From: Candidatus Methylomirabilia bacterium
GTDB taxonomy: Bacteria; Methylomirabilota; Methylomirabilia; Rokubacteriales; CSP1-6
NCBI GenBank assembly: GCA_041497895.1
Contig: JBGQHJ010000011.1
Coordinates: 1-56,869, forward strand
Direction: 5' to 3'
Length of the DNA: 56,869 nt
Of this stretch, positions 18,051-27,094 are shown one piece after another. The position numbers and the translations under genes are program-made. The first letter of the stretch is position 1, and each line of letters starts with the position of its first letter. The notes below the pieces were generated by a model. The model was not told the DNA's origin, did no database searches, and was given only the letters and a program-made list of their open reading frames with translations.

Positions 18051-18850
18051 GCCAGCCCGAGCACGTCCTGCATGGAGTAGAGGCCGGGCCGCGCGGTCGC
18101 GATGAAGCGGGCCCCGCGGAGCGCGCCGCGCGCGAAGTTGTCCCGGCTGTGGGCGCGGTGGGTCAGCTCGAGCCGCTCGCCGAGGGAGGCGAAGGACACG
18201 GTGTGCTCGCCCACCACGTCGCCCGAGCGCAGGGCGGCCATGCCGATCTCCTTGCGGGTCCGCTCGGCCAGCCGGTCGTGCCGGTCGTAGACCGCGGTCG
18301 TCGCGAGATCGCGCCCGAGGGCCTGGGCCACCACCTCGGCCATCCGCAGCGCGGTGCCGCTCGGCGCGTCCTTCTTGAACCGGTGGTGGGTCTCGACGAT
18401 CTCCACGTCGTAGTCGTCGCCGAGCATCCGGGCCATGTCGGCCAGGACCTTGAAGGCGACGTTGACCGCCACGCTCATGTTGGGGGAGACGAGCAGCGGC
18501 GCGCCGCGGGCGATGGCGGCGAGCTCCTCGCGCTGGGCGGCGGTGAACCCGGTGGTGCCGATGACCGCGCGGCCGCCGTGACGTCCCACCAGGCGCGCGT
18601 GGGCGAGGCTCGCCTCGGGCACCGAGAACTCGATGAGGATGCGGTCCCGGCCGAGGGCCGCCTCCACGTCCGCCGCGATCGGGATGCCGAGCCGGCCGAC
18701 GCCGGCCGACTCGCCCGCGTCACGACCGAGCGCGGGGTGCCCGGGGGCCTCGAGCGCGGCGACCAAGCGCAGCTCCGTTTCCTGCTGGAGCAGCGCCACG
18801 AGACGGCTTCCCATCCGGCCGGCCGCGCCGGCGACGACCACATCCGCCAT
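18047..18850 (-). CDS. dapB: 4-hydroxy-tetrahydrodipicolinate reductase
   Basis: GAAGRMG, GTTG, ETHHRFKKDAPSGTA. Confidence 0.96.
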   Translation of the reverse strand: MADVVVAGAAGRMGSRLVALLQQETELRLVAALEAPGHPALGRDAGESAGVGRLGIPIAADVEAALGRDRILIEFSVPEASLAHARLVGRHGGRAVIGTTGFTAAQREELAAIARGAPLLVSPNMSVAVNVAFKVLADMARMLGDDYDVEIVETHHRFKKDAPSGTALRMAEVVAQALGRDLATTAVYDRHDRLAERTRKEIGMAALRSGDVVGEHTVSFASLGERLELTHRAHSRDNFARGALRGARFIATARPGLYSMQDVLGLA

Positions 18851-18862
18851 AAAGAATGAGGA

Positions 18863-19756
18863 TCAGCCCTTGACGAGGCCGAGCGAGGCCAGGACCGCCT
18901 TGAGGCGAGGCCGGTGGGCCTCGGACAGGCGGCACATGGGGAGCCGGAACTCGGCCTCCGCCAGCTTGCCCATCATGGCCAGGGCCTCCTTGACCGGGAT
19001 CGGATTGGTCTCGAGGAACATCGCCCGCGAGAGCGGGAAGAGCTTGAGGTGCAGCTCACGCGCCTGCTTCCAGTCGCCCGCGAGCGCGGCGTGGGTCATC
19101 TCCGCGGTCTCGCGCGGCACGAGGTTGGCGATGACCGAGATGACGCCGCGCCCGCCCACCGACATGAGCGGCAGCGTGATATTGTCGTCGCCGGAGAGCA
19201 CCGAGAAGTCGGGGCCGCAGGCCAGGATCACCTGGGTCATCTGGTCGAGCGAGCCCGAGGCCTCCTTGACCCCCACGATGTTGCCGCAGTCGCGGGCCAG
19301 GCGGGCCAGGGTGTCGGTCTCCACGTTCACCGCGGTGCGCCCCGCGATGTTGTAGACCAGGATCGGGATGTCCACCGCGTCCGCGATGGCGCGGAAGTGA
19401 CGGTAGAGGCCCTCCTGGGTGGGCTTGTTGTAGTACGGGTTCACCACGAGGGCGCCGGTGGCGCCCGCCTGCTTGGCGTGGCTCGTGAGGTCGATGGCCT
19501 CCGACGTGGAGTTGGAGCCGGTGCCCGCGATGACCGCCACGCGCCCGCGCGCGGTCTCGACGACGATCTCGACCACGCGCTTGTGCTCGTCGTGACTGAG
19601 GGTAGGAGACTCGCCGGTGGTGCCGCAGGGGACGATGCCGTCGGTGCCGCTGGCGACGTGCCACTCGACCAGCTCGCGCAGCTTGGCCTCGTCCACCTTG
19701 CCGGCGCGGAACGGCGTCACGAGAGCGACGATCGAGCCTTGGAAAGTCGGGCGCAT
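18863..19756 (-). CDS. dapA: 4-hydroxy-tetrahydrodipicolinate synthase
   Basis: GTTGES, PYYNKP, YNIAGRT, KEASG, NPIPVK; SD GGAGGG. Confidence 0.96.
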   Translation of the reverse strand: MRPTFQGSIVALVTPFRAGKVDEAKLRELVEWHVASGTDGIVPCGTTGESPTLSHDEHKRVVEIVVETARGRVAVIAGTGSNSTSEAIDLTSHAKQAGATGALVVNPYYNKPTQEGLYRHFRAIADAVDIPILVYNIAGRTAVNVETDTLARLARDCGNIVGVKEASGSLDQMTQVILACGPDFSVLSGDDNITLPLMSVGGRGVISVIANLVPRETAEMTHAALAGDWKQARELHLKLFPLSRAMFLETNPIPVKEALAMMGKLAEAEFRLPMCRLSEAHRPRLKAVLASLGLVKG

Positions 19757-19816
19757 GGTTGAGTCCCTCCGTTGCTCATCCCGCATGTGGGCCGATGTGG
19801 GACGAAGAGTCTCCTG

Positions 19817-19846
19817 ACTCTAACACCACAGCAGGAAGCACTTCAA
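19817..19846 (-). promoter_or_regulatory. sigma70-type promoter for dapA operon
   Basis: TTGAAG-18-TAGAGT with TG extension. Confidence 0.5.
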
Positions 19847-19877
19847 GCGGCAGGCGCGTTGCGGTAGACTCCTGCGA

Positions 19878-21134
19878 ATGGATCGCCCCGACCTGTCCGC
19901 TCGCCGGGCCCACGTCGGCGCCGACATCGCGGCCGAGGTGCGTCGCCGCTTCGGCACGCCGTGCTACGTCTACGATCGCGCCGCGCTCGAGGCGGCCGCG
20001 CGGGCCGCGCTCGCGTTCCCCGCGCCCTACGGCCTGACGCTGCGTTACGCGATGAAGGCCAACCCGAGCCGCGGGGTCCTCACCCTCTTCCGCGACCTCG
20101 GCCTGCACGTGGACGCCTCCAGCGACTACGAGGTGGAGCGCGCGCTGCGCGCCGGGTTCCCGCCCGGGCGCATCCAGCTCACCTCGCAGATGCCGTCGCG
20201 CACCCTGCGGGAGCACGTGGCGCGCGGGGTCCTCTTCAACGCCTGCTCGCTCCACCAGCTCGAGGAGTTCGGGCGGGCCGCGCCCGGGGGCGAGGTCTCG
20301 GTGCGGGTGAATCCCGGCCTCGGCACCGGCTCCACCAAGCGGACCAACACCGGCGGCCCGGCCTCGAGCTTCGGGATCTGGCACGAGGCGATGGGCGAGG
20401 TGGTCGCGATCGGCAAGCGCCACGGGCTACGCATCCGGCGCCTGCACTCGCACGTGGGCTCCGGCACCGATCCCGAGGTGTGGAAGCGCTGCGCGCGGAT
20501 GACGCTCGACCTGGTGGGGGCGCTGCCCGAGGTGGCGACCGTCAACCTGGGCGGCGGTTTCAAGGTCGGCCGGATGCCGGAGGAGCCCTCGGTGGACCTG
20601 GCCGACGTCGGCGCGCACGTACGGCGCGAGATCGAGGACTTCCACGCCCGCGACGGCCGCGCGCTGCACCTCGAGATCGAGCCCGGCACGTTCCTGGTCG
20701 CCAACGCGGGCGTCATCGTGGCCTCGTGCGTCGACGTGGTCGACACCGGCGCCGAGGGCTACGTCTTCGCCAAGCTCGACGCGGGCATGCCCGAGATCAC
20801 GCGGCCGTCGCTCTACGGCGCGCAGCATCCGATCGACGTGCTCGCGCGCGGGCGCGAGCAGGCCGCGGTGGTCTTCGTGGGACCGTGCTGCGAGTCGGGT
20901 GACATCCTGACCCCGGCTCCCGGCGATCCGGAGGCGCTCGCCCCGCGGTGGGTGCCGCGGCCGCAGATCGGCGACCTGGTGGTGGTGGGAGGGGCCGGCG
21001 CCTACTGCGCCGGGATGGCGACGATCAACTACAACTCCTACCCGCAGGCCCCCGAGGTCATGCTCGACGCCGGCGCGCTCACCCTCCTGCGTCGCCGGCA
21101 GGTGCCGGAGCAGATCTGGCAGAACGAGGTCTAG
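19878..21134 (+). CDS. lysA: Diaminopimelate decarboxylase
   Basis: TPCYVYD, YAMKANP, HVGSG, NLGGGF, EPG, CESGD, GAY; TAGACT 7 nt before ATG. Confidence 0.92.
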   Translation: MDRPDLSARRAHVGADIAAEVRRRFGTPCYVYDRAALEAAARAALAFPAPYGLTLRYAMKANPSRGVLTLFRDLGLHVDASSDYEVERALRAGFPPGRIQLTSQMPSRTLREHVARGVLFNACSLHQLEEFGRAAPGGEVSVRVNPGLGTGSTKRTNTGGPASSFGIWHEAMGEVVAIGKRHGLRIRRLHSHVGSGTDPEVWKRCARMTLDLVGALPEVATVNLGGGFKVGRMPEEPSVDLADVGAHVRREIEDFHARDGRALHLEIEPGTFLVANAGVIVASCVDVVDTGAEGYVFAKLDAGMPEITRPSLYGAQHPIDVLARGREQAAVVFVGPCCESGDILTPAPGDPEALAPRWVPRPQIGDLVVVGGAGAYCAGMATINYNSYPQAPEVMLDAGALTLLRRRQVPEQIWQNEV

Positions 21135-22217
21135 CTACTCGACGCGCACCGAGACCACGTTGGACCGCGCGCTCTCGTTGGGCTTCCGCGCGCGGTCGAT
21201 CGCGGTGACCGCGTACCGGTAGGTGGCCCCCGGGCGGATGTCCCGGTCGGTGTAGACGGTACCCGGCGGGAGCGCGGTCGCGATGCGGATGAGCTCGCCC
21301 GACTCGCCCGCGCGGTACACCGCGTAGGCCGCCACGTCCGCCTCCGGGCTCGGGTTCCACGCCAGCCGCACCGCCCCGCTCGACGGCACCGCGACCAGGC
21401 CGGTGGGCGCGGCGGGTGGCGTGGTGCGCGTGGGCGCCGTCGCGACCGTCGCGGTCGTCTCGCCCGCCGCGGTCACCGCCGGCTCCACCCGGACCGCGCG
21501 CACCGCGTAGCGATAGTCCACGTCGTTGTCGACGCCGCGATCGGTGAAGGTCGTGCCGCTCACCGGCTGGGGCGTGATCGAGGCCAGGGGGCCGGCGGTC
21601 CCGCCGCCGCGGAGCACCCGGTAGCGGATCTCCCCGCTGGGCGGCGAGCCGTCCAGCATCGCATCGGGCGGCTGCCAGGTGAGGGTCACGCTCCGGTCCC
21701 CCGGGGAGACGGTGAGCCCGCGCGGCGCCTTCGGAGCGGCCAGGAAGGGCACGACCAGCCGCTCGGAGGGACCGCTCGTGCGCCCGAGGTCGTCCTCGGC
21801 GGTGACCACGTACACGTAGCGCCGGCCCATCGAGAGCGCGCGGGCATCGACCCACGTCACGGTGGAGCCCTGCACGGTCGCGGGGCTGGGCGCCTCGGGC
21901 CGGATGGTCGCGACCTCGTCGTAGCCCACGACGCGACCGGAGGAGAGCATGGCCGACTTGACCGGCTCCCCGTCCGCCTCTTCCCGGCGATAGACGCGGT
22001 ACATCCCGATGGTGCGCAGGCGGCTGCCGTCGAGCCGCGTGCCGGGCGGGGTCCAGCTCACCACGATGGAGCGCTCGTCCACCGCGCCGTGCAGCCCGCC
22101 GGGGACGGTCGGCACCCGGACCTCGGGCGCCACCGGCGGCCCCTTCTTGCCGCAGGCCGCGAGCGCGCCGATCGCGAGGCCCAGCGCGAGCAGCCGGCGC
22201 CGCGTGGCCGGCCTCAC
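21135..22217 (-). CDS. Lipoprotein with fibronectin type III repeats
   Basis: Lipobox LAAC then GKKGPP; three W.P...Y.VYR...Y.Y.V.A FN3-like repeats. Confidence 0.8.
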   Translation of the reverse strand: MRPATRRRLLALGLAIGALAACGKKGPPVAPEVRVPTVPGGLHGAVDERSIVVSWTPPGTRLDGSRLRTIGMYRVYRREEADGEPVKSAMLSSGRVVGYDEVATIRPEAPSPATVQGSTVTWVDARALSMGRRYVYVVTAEDDLGRTSGPSERLVVPFLAAPKAPRGLTVSPGDRSVTLTWQPPDAMLDGSPPSGEIRYRVLRGGGTAGPLASITPQPVSGTTFTDRGVDNDVDYRYAVRAVRVEPAVTAAGETTATVATAPTRTTPPAAPTGLVAVPSSGAVRLAWNPSPEADVAAYAVYRAGESGELIRIATALPPGTVYTDRDIRPGATYRYAVTAIDRARKPNESARSNVVSVRVE

Positions 22218-23623
22218 GCGCCGGGCTCTTGCGCGAGCCAGGCGCGGACCTGCGCGAGCTGCTGGCGCACCGACTCGGGCGCGGTGCCGCCCACCACCGC
22301 CCGCGCGCGCAGGGAGGCCTCGACGGTGAGCGCGGCGTACACGTCGCGCCCGATCAGGGGCGAGAAGCGGCGCAGCTCCTCGAGCGGCAGATCGCCCAGC
22401 TCGCGGCCGCGCGTGATGGCGTGGCGCACCGCCTTGCCCACCACCTCGTGGGCCTCCCGGAAGGGCAGGCCCTGGCGGACCAGGTAGTCGGCCAGATCGG
22501 TGGCGGTCGAGTAGTGCGCGCCCGCCGCGTCCCGCATCCGATCCACCCGGAACGACAGCGAGGCGAGCATCGGCGGCAGCACGCGGAGTATCGCCTCCAG
22601 CGTGTCCACCGTGTCGAAGAGCGGCTCCTTGTCCTCCTGCATGTCCGAGTTGTAGGTCAGCGGCAGCCCCTTCATCGTGGTGAGGGCCGCGGTCAGGTTG
22701 CCGTAGAGACGCCCGGTCTTGCCGCGGATCAGCTCGGCCACGTCGGGATTCTTCTTCTGCGGCATGATCGACGAGCCGGTCGCGAAGGCGTCGGAGAACT
22801 CCACGAAGCCGAACTCGGCGGTCGCCCAGAGCGTGAGGTCGGCCGCGAGCCGCGAGCCGTGCATGCCCAGGATGGCGGCGTGGGCGAGGAACTGCACCAG
22901 GAAGTCGCGGTCGGCCACCGCGTCCATGCTGTTGGGGCTCGGGCCGGTGAAGCCGAGGTCCTGCGCCAGGGCCTCGCGATCGATCGCGAACGCCGCGCCG
23001 GCGAGCGCCCCGGCGCCGAGCGGCATCACGTTGACCCGCGCGCGGCAGTCGCGGAACCGCTGCCGGTCGCGCTCGAGCATGAACACGTAGGCGAGCAGGT
23101 GGTGGGCGAGGAGCACCGGCTGCGCCCGCTGCAGGTGCGTGTAGCCGGGCATCGGGGCCTCGCGGTGCTTCTCGGCCTGGGCCACCAGCGCCCGCTGGAC
23201 CTCGCGGAGGCCCGCGTCGACGTGATCGATGACGTCGCGCAGGTAGAGGCGCTCGTCCAGCGCGATCTGGTCGTTGCGCGAGCGCCCGGTGTGAAGCTTG
23301 CCGCCCACCGGCCCGGCCAGCTCGACCAGGCGCCGCTCCACGTTCATGTGGATGTCCTCGAGCTCGCGACGGAACGGGAACCGGCCGCCCTCGAGCTCGG
23401 CCCGTACCGCGTCGATCCCGGCGAGCAGCCCCTCGAGCTCGGCCGGCGTGATCAGCTTCGCGCGCGCGAGGGCCCGCGCCCACGCCGCGCTGCCGACCAG
23501 GTCGTAGGGCCAGAGGCGCCGGTCGAAGGAGAGCGATGAGGTGAAGGCCTCCGCGGTGGGATCGGCGCCCTCGGTGAAGCGCCCGGACCAGGCCTTGCCC
23601 GGGGGCGTGCCGGCGGCGCTCAC
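22214..23623 (-). CDS. argH: Argininosuccinate lyase
   Basis: WSGRF, GRSRNDQ, PGYTHLQ, GSSIMPQKKNPD. Confidence 0.97.
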   Translation of the reverse strand: MSAAGTPPGKAWSGRFTEGADPTAEAFTSSLSFDRRLWPYDLVGSAAWARALARAKLITPAELEGLLAGIDAVRAELEGGRFPFRRELEDIHMNVERRLVELAGPVGGKLHTGRSRNDQIALDERLYLRDVIDHVDAGLREVQRALVAQAEKHREAPMPGYTHLQRAQPVLLAHHLLAYVFMLERDRQRFRDCRARVNVMPLGAGALAGAAFAIDREALAQDLGFTGPSPNSMDAVADRDFLVQFLAHAAILGMHGSRLAADLTLWATAEFGFVEFSDAFATGSSIMPQKKNPDVAELIRGKTGRLYGNLTAALTTMKGLPLTYNSDMQEDKEPLFDTVDTLEAILRVLPPMLASLSFRVDRMRDAAGAHYSTATDLADYLVRQGLPFREAHEVVGKAVRHAITRGRELGDLPLEELRRFSPLIGRDVYAALTVEASLRARAVVGGTAPESVRQQLAQVRAWLAQEPGA

Positions 23624-24360
23624 GAGACACCCGCGCGGCCGGTGGCCGCGGCGGGCTCGGAGGCCGGCTGCAGCAGCGCGGCGATCTCCGACATGATGCG
23701 GCGGGTGACCGCCTCACGCTCGGCGCGGGCGATGGGCCGATGGCGCGGGTGATCGAAGACCAGCGGCGCGCCGAAGCGCACCGAGAGCGGCCGGCGGCGG
23801 GGCACGTAGAAGCGCCGCGCCCGCAGGGCCTCGTAGGTGCCCTCGATCGCGGCGGGCACGATCGGCACGCCGGCCCGCAGCGCGATCAGCGCCGCGCCGG
23901 GCTGACCCGGCACGAGGCGGCCTTCCTGGCTGAACGGGCCCTCGGGAAAGATCCCCACCACGCGGCCCGCGTCGAGCACTCGCAGCACGCGCTTGATCGC
24001 TCCCGGATCGGGCCGCTCCAGGTTCACCGGGATCGATCCGATGCGCCGGTGCAGCGGCGGATGCAGCGGGGTGGCCCGGTACACGCGCGGCATGACGAGG
24101 AACGCGATGGGCCGGGGCACCGCGACGCCCAGCACCACCCCGTCGAGGTAGTTGTGATGGTTCGCGGCGAGGATGAACGAGCCGGTGGCGGGCAGGTGCT
24201 CCGCGCCTTCCACCCGCAGATCGAACAGCCGGCGCAGCACCGGCGCGCAGGCGCCGCGGACCAGGCGATAGAGCGGGGGAAACCGCTCGGCGCTCGCGGG
24301 GGACGGCACGGCGGCCGGCCCCAGCACGGACAGGGTTGAGGTCTCCTCTCCCGGCGCCAT
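23620..24360 (-). CDS. 1-acyl-sn-glycerol-3-phosphate acyltransferase (PlsC family)
   Basis: NHHNYLD (HxxxxD), GIFPEG, VPIVP. Confidence 0.88.
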   Translation of the reverse strand: MAPGEETSTLSVLGPAAVPSPASAERFPPLYRLVRGACAPVLRRLFDLRVEGAEHLPATGSFILAANHHNYLDGVVLGVAVPRPIAFLVMPRVYRATPLHPPLHRRIGSIPVNLERPDPGAIKRVLRVLDAGRVVGIFPEGPFSQEGRLVPGQPGAALIALRAGVPIVPAAIEGTYEALRARRFYVPRRRPLSVRFGAPLVFDHPRHRPIARAEREAVTRRIMSEIAALLQPASEPAAATGRAGVS

Positions 24361-24367
24361 AGCGCCC

Positions 24368-24396
24368 CTTATAGCACCCACCCCCCAGCCTGACAA
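24368..24396 (-). promoter_or_regulatory. sigma70 promoter, leaderless plsC-argH transcript
   Basis: TTGTCA-17-TATAAG with TG extension; ATG 7 nt downstream. Confidence 0.65.
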
Positions 24397-24516
24397 CCGC
24401 ACCACCCCGGGCTTGCCCGGGCTTGACCAAGGGAGGGAACGTTGAGAAGTGGCGCGTTGAGTGAAACCGAGGAATTGGCACGAGCGGGTTGGGGCGCTGG
24501 CACGACCGGCACGGTA

Positions 24517-24678
24517 CGGGCGGGCGGGGGGCGGCCGGGGGTGCCCTCCGGGAGCCGTGCCTTCTGCGCGCTACCGGAGCGTGAGCGGCTCCTGTCTCGT
24601 GGCTCGATCGAGACGGCGCGGCGGGTTGCGACTCAGCGTGCTCCCGGAGGGCACCCCCGGCCGCCCCCCCCCCGCCCG
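24517..24678. repeat. Long inverted repeat element with structured interior
   Basis: 24526-24555 and 24640-24669 are perfect 30-bp reverse complements. Confidence 0.8.
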
Positions 24679-24703
24679 GGAATGGACGCGAGGCGAAGGG
24701 AAG

Positions 24704-25759
24704 CTATCGCGCCCGCACCAACCGATACCGAGCCACCGCCGCGTTGTGATCCGCCAGGTTGGTGGAGAACTGGTGGTGCCGGTCGTCCATCGCCACGAAG
24801 TAGAGGAAGTTCACGTGGGCCGGCCGGACCGCGGCCTGGATCGCGGCGCGGCCGGGGCTGGCGATGGGGCCGGGCGGCAGGCCCTGGCGGCGATAGGTGT
24901 TGTAGGGCGAGTCGGTCTGGAGGTCTTCCCGGGTGAGCCGCTTGCGGTCCTTGCCGACCGCGTACTGCACGGTCGGGTCCGCCTGCAGCGGCATGTCCCG
25001 GCGGATGCGGTTCCAGAACACCGCCGAGATGAGCGGCATCTCGGTGGGCTCCACCGCTTCCTTCTCGATGATCGACGCGAGGGTCAGCATCTGGTGCACG
25101 CTGAGATCCCGCCCGCGCGCCTCGGCCAGGATCTCGGGAGAGATCTTCTCGCGTAGGCGGGCGACCATGCGGGCCAGGATCTCCTCGGCGGTCATGCCCT
25201 TCACGAACTGATAGGTGTCGGGGAAGAGGTAGCCCTCGACCGAGTCGGCCTGGATGTCGAGCGTCTTGAGGAAGACCGCGTCGCGCGCGACCCGCAGGAT
25301 GTCGGCGGTCGGCGCGAGCCGCTCCGCCTCGAGCAGCTTGGCCAGCTCGGCGAGCGAGCTGCCTTCCTGGACCACCACGACGTGCTGCAGCACCTGGCCG
25401 CCCTCGAGCCGCTCGAGCACGCGCACGGTGTTGGTGCCCGGGGGGATCTGGTACTCGCCCGCCTTCAGGCTGCGGAAGCTGCCGCGGGCCACCGCGAGGA
25501 GGACGAAGCCCACCCGGCTGCGGATCACGCCCGCATCGTCGAGGATCTCGGCCACCTCCATCACGCCCTTGTGGGCCGGGACCTCCACCACCCGCGGGGT
25601 GGCGCGCAGGGTCTCGGGCACGCTCAGGATCCACCAGCCCTCGAGTAGCAGCGAGAGCACGGCCACCGCCACGAGCAGGCCGACCGCGGTGCGCCAGGTG
25701 GGTCCGGAATGCCCGGGGTTCTTGCCCCACGGCTTGAGGGATCGGGGACGTTCCATCAT
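24704..25759 (-). CDS. mltG: Endolytic transglycosylase MltG
   Basis: LKAGEY, EGYLFPDTY, ASIIEKE, LQADPTVQY, SPYNTY...GLPPGPI. Confidence 0.95.
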   Translation of the reverse strand: MMERPRSLKPWGKNPGHSGPTWRTAVGLLVAVAVLSLLLEGWWILSVPETLRATPRVVEVPAHKGVMEVAEILDDAGVIRSRVGFVLLAVARGSFRSLKAGEYQIPPGTNTVRVLERLEGGQVLQHVVVVQEGSSLAELAKLLEAERLAPTADILRVARDAVFLKTLDIQADSVEGYLFPDTYQFVKGMTAEEILARMVARLREKISPEILAEARGRDLSVHQMLTLASIIEKEAVEPTEMPLISAVFWNRIRRDMPLQADPTVQYAVGKDRKRLTREDLQTDSPYNTYRRQGLPPGPIASPGRAAIQAAVRPAHVNFLYFVAMDDRHHQFSTNLADHNAAVARYRLVRAR

Positions 25760-25818
25760 GGGCCTCCTCATTCTGGACGGGCTTCTTTTATGAGTCAAAC
25801 CGCCGCTAAACTGGCAGA

Positions 25819-26673
25819 ATGTCGCCGACCGCCCTGCTGCTGGTGCTCCTCGCCGCCCTCTGCCACAGCGCGTGGAACCTGATCGTGAAGACCGACGCGC
25901 GGCGCCTCGAGATCCAGTCGGGCGCCCTGGTCGTCGGCACCCTGCTCTGCGCGCCGGTGCTCCTCTTCCACTCCCCCTGGTCCCTGCCGCCGCTCGCCTG
26001 GGGCGCGGTGGTGGTGTCCGCGCTGTTCGAGTCCGCGTACGTGCTCGCGCTGACCTCCGCGTACGCCGCGGGCGACATGTCGCTGGTGTACCCGGTGGCC
26101 CGCGGTACCGGGACGGTGCTCGTCGCTCCGCTCGCGGTGCTGCTCCTGGGCGAGCGGCCGTCGCTGCAGGGCGCGGTCGGCATCGGGCTCGTGGTGATCG
26201 GCATCTTCCTGAGCCACGGGGCGCTCAGCGGCTGGGCCGCCGCGCGGGCCCACCGGCGGGCGGTCGGGTGGGCGCTGCTGACCGGCGCCATGATCGCCGG
26301 CTATTCGCTCGTCAACAAGGTCGGGGTCACCCTGGTCCCGGTGCCGCTCTACGCCTTCCTGGTCTTCCTGGCCGACGCGGCGCTCGTGCGACTGGTGCAG
26401 CGGTGGCGGGGTGGATCGGTGCCGGCCCTGCGCCGCGACGCACCCTGGGGCCGGATCGTCGCGGTCGGCGTCCTGATGATGGGGGCCTACCTCGCGGTGC
26501 TGGTCGCGATGTCGCAGGCGCCGGTGAGCTACGTGGTCGCGACCCGCGAGATCAGCGTGGTGGTGGCGGCGCTGCTCGGCGCGCTCGTGCTGCACGAGCG
26601 GCACTCGGCCGCGCGGGTGGCCGGCGCGGCCGTGATCTTCGGCGGCCTCTGCGCGATCGCCCTGGCCCGCTGA
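25819..26673 (+). CDS. EamA/DMT family transporter
   Basis: HSAWN, DMSLVYPVARG, RE.SVV; ~10 TM; TAAACT 6 nt before ATG. Confidence 0.9.
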   Translation: MSPTALLLVLLAALCHSAWNLIVKTDARRLEIQSGALVVGTLLCAPVLLFHSPWSLPPLAWGAVVVSALFESAYVLALTSAYAAGDMSLVYPVARGTGTVLVAPLAVLLLGERPSLQGAVGIGLVVIGIFLSHGALSGWAAARAHRRAVGWALLTGAMIAGYSLVNKVGVTLVPVPLYAFLVFLADAALVRLVQRWRGGSVPALRRDAPWGRIVAVGVLMMGAYLAVLVAMSQAPVSYVVATREISVVVAALLGALVLHERHSAARVAGAAVIFGGLCAIALAR

Positions 26674-26736
26674 CCGGTGGCCGCGGGCCCGACGCGGGGC
26701 GGGCAATCCGCGCCCGCCCCCGCACGTAGAGAGGGC

Positions 26737-27021
26737 ATGAGCCGACGGGCCGAGCACGGCGCCGGCCTGGTCGGGATGGCGCTGGTGCTCCGGGGCGGGG
26801 GACCGGGCGCGGTCGGCTTCAACCTGGGGTTCGGGCTGATCGACCTCTACCAGGCGGTCGCGGGCGCGGTGGGCCTGTTCCCGGCCGCGCTCTTCGCCTA
26901 CCGGCCCCTGGACGACGTCCTCCACGTCGCCCTGGGGCTGGGCTCGGTGGGCCTGGGGACGCTCGGCTGGTGCCGGGGGGTGATCGGGGAGCCCCTCGGG
27001 CGTCGGATCGGGGTGATGTAA
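26737..27021 (+). pseudogene. Short membrane protein, possibly truncated DUF4383-like remnant
   Basis: Hydrophobic with C-terminal DDVLHVALGL; N-terminus appears incomplete. Confidence 0.35.
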
Positions 27022-27038
27022 GCCGGCCTCGGGGCTTC

Positions 27039-27047
27039 TGGTATAAT
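27039..27047 (+). promoter_or_regulatory. Extended -10 promoter of rpoA
   Basis: TGGTATAAT ~50 nt upstream of ATG; SD GAGGAG. Confidence 0.7.
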
Positions 27048-27094
27048 CACCGGCCTGGGGGCGACCCCCCCTGACACCCCGAGGAGGAGACCCA

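Noticed and set aside
19757..19816. Lysine riboswitch upstream of dapA (or lysC)
   Set aside because: Leaders are far too short and lack the conserved elements.
21135..23717. 860-aa ORF as a single protein
   Set aside because: The N-terminal part overlaps argH out of frame; the real gene starts at GTG 22217.
24406..24427. CCCGGGCTTG tandem pair
   Set aside because: Only two 10-bp units in GC-rich DNA; not informative.
24474..24510. TGGCACG sigma54-like -24 boxes
   Set aside because: No TTGC at the -12 position and no credible downstream gene.
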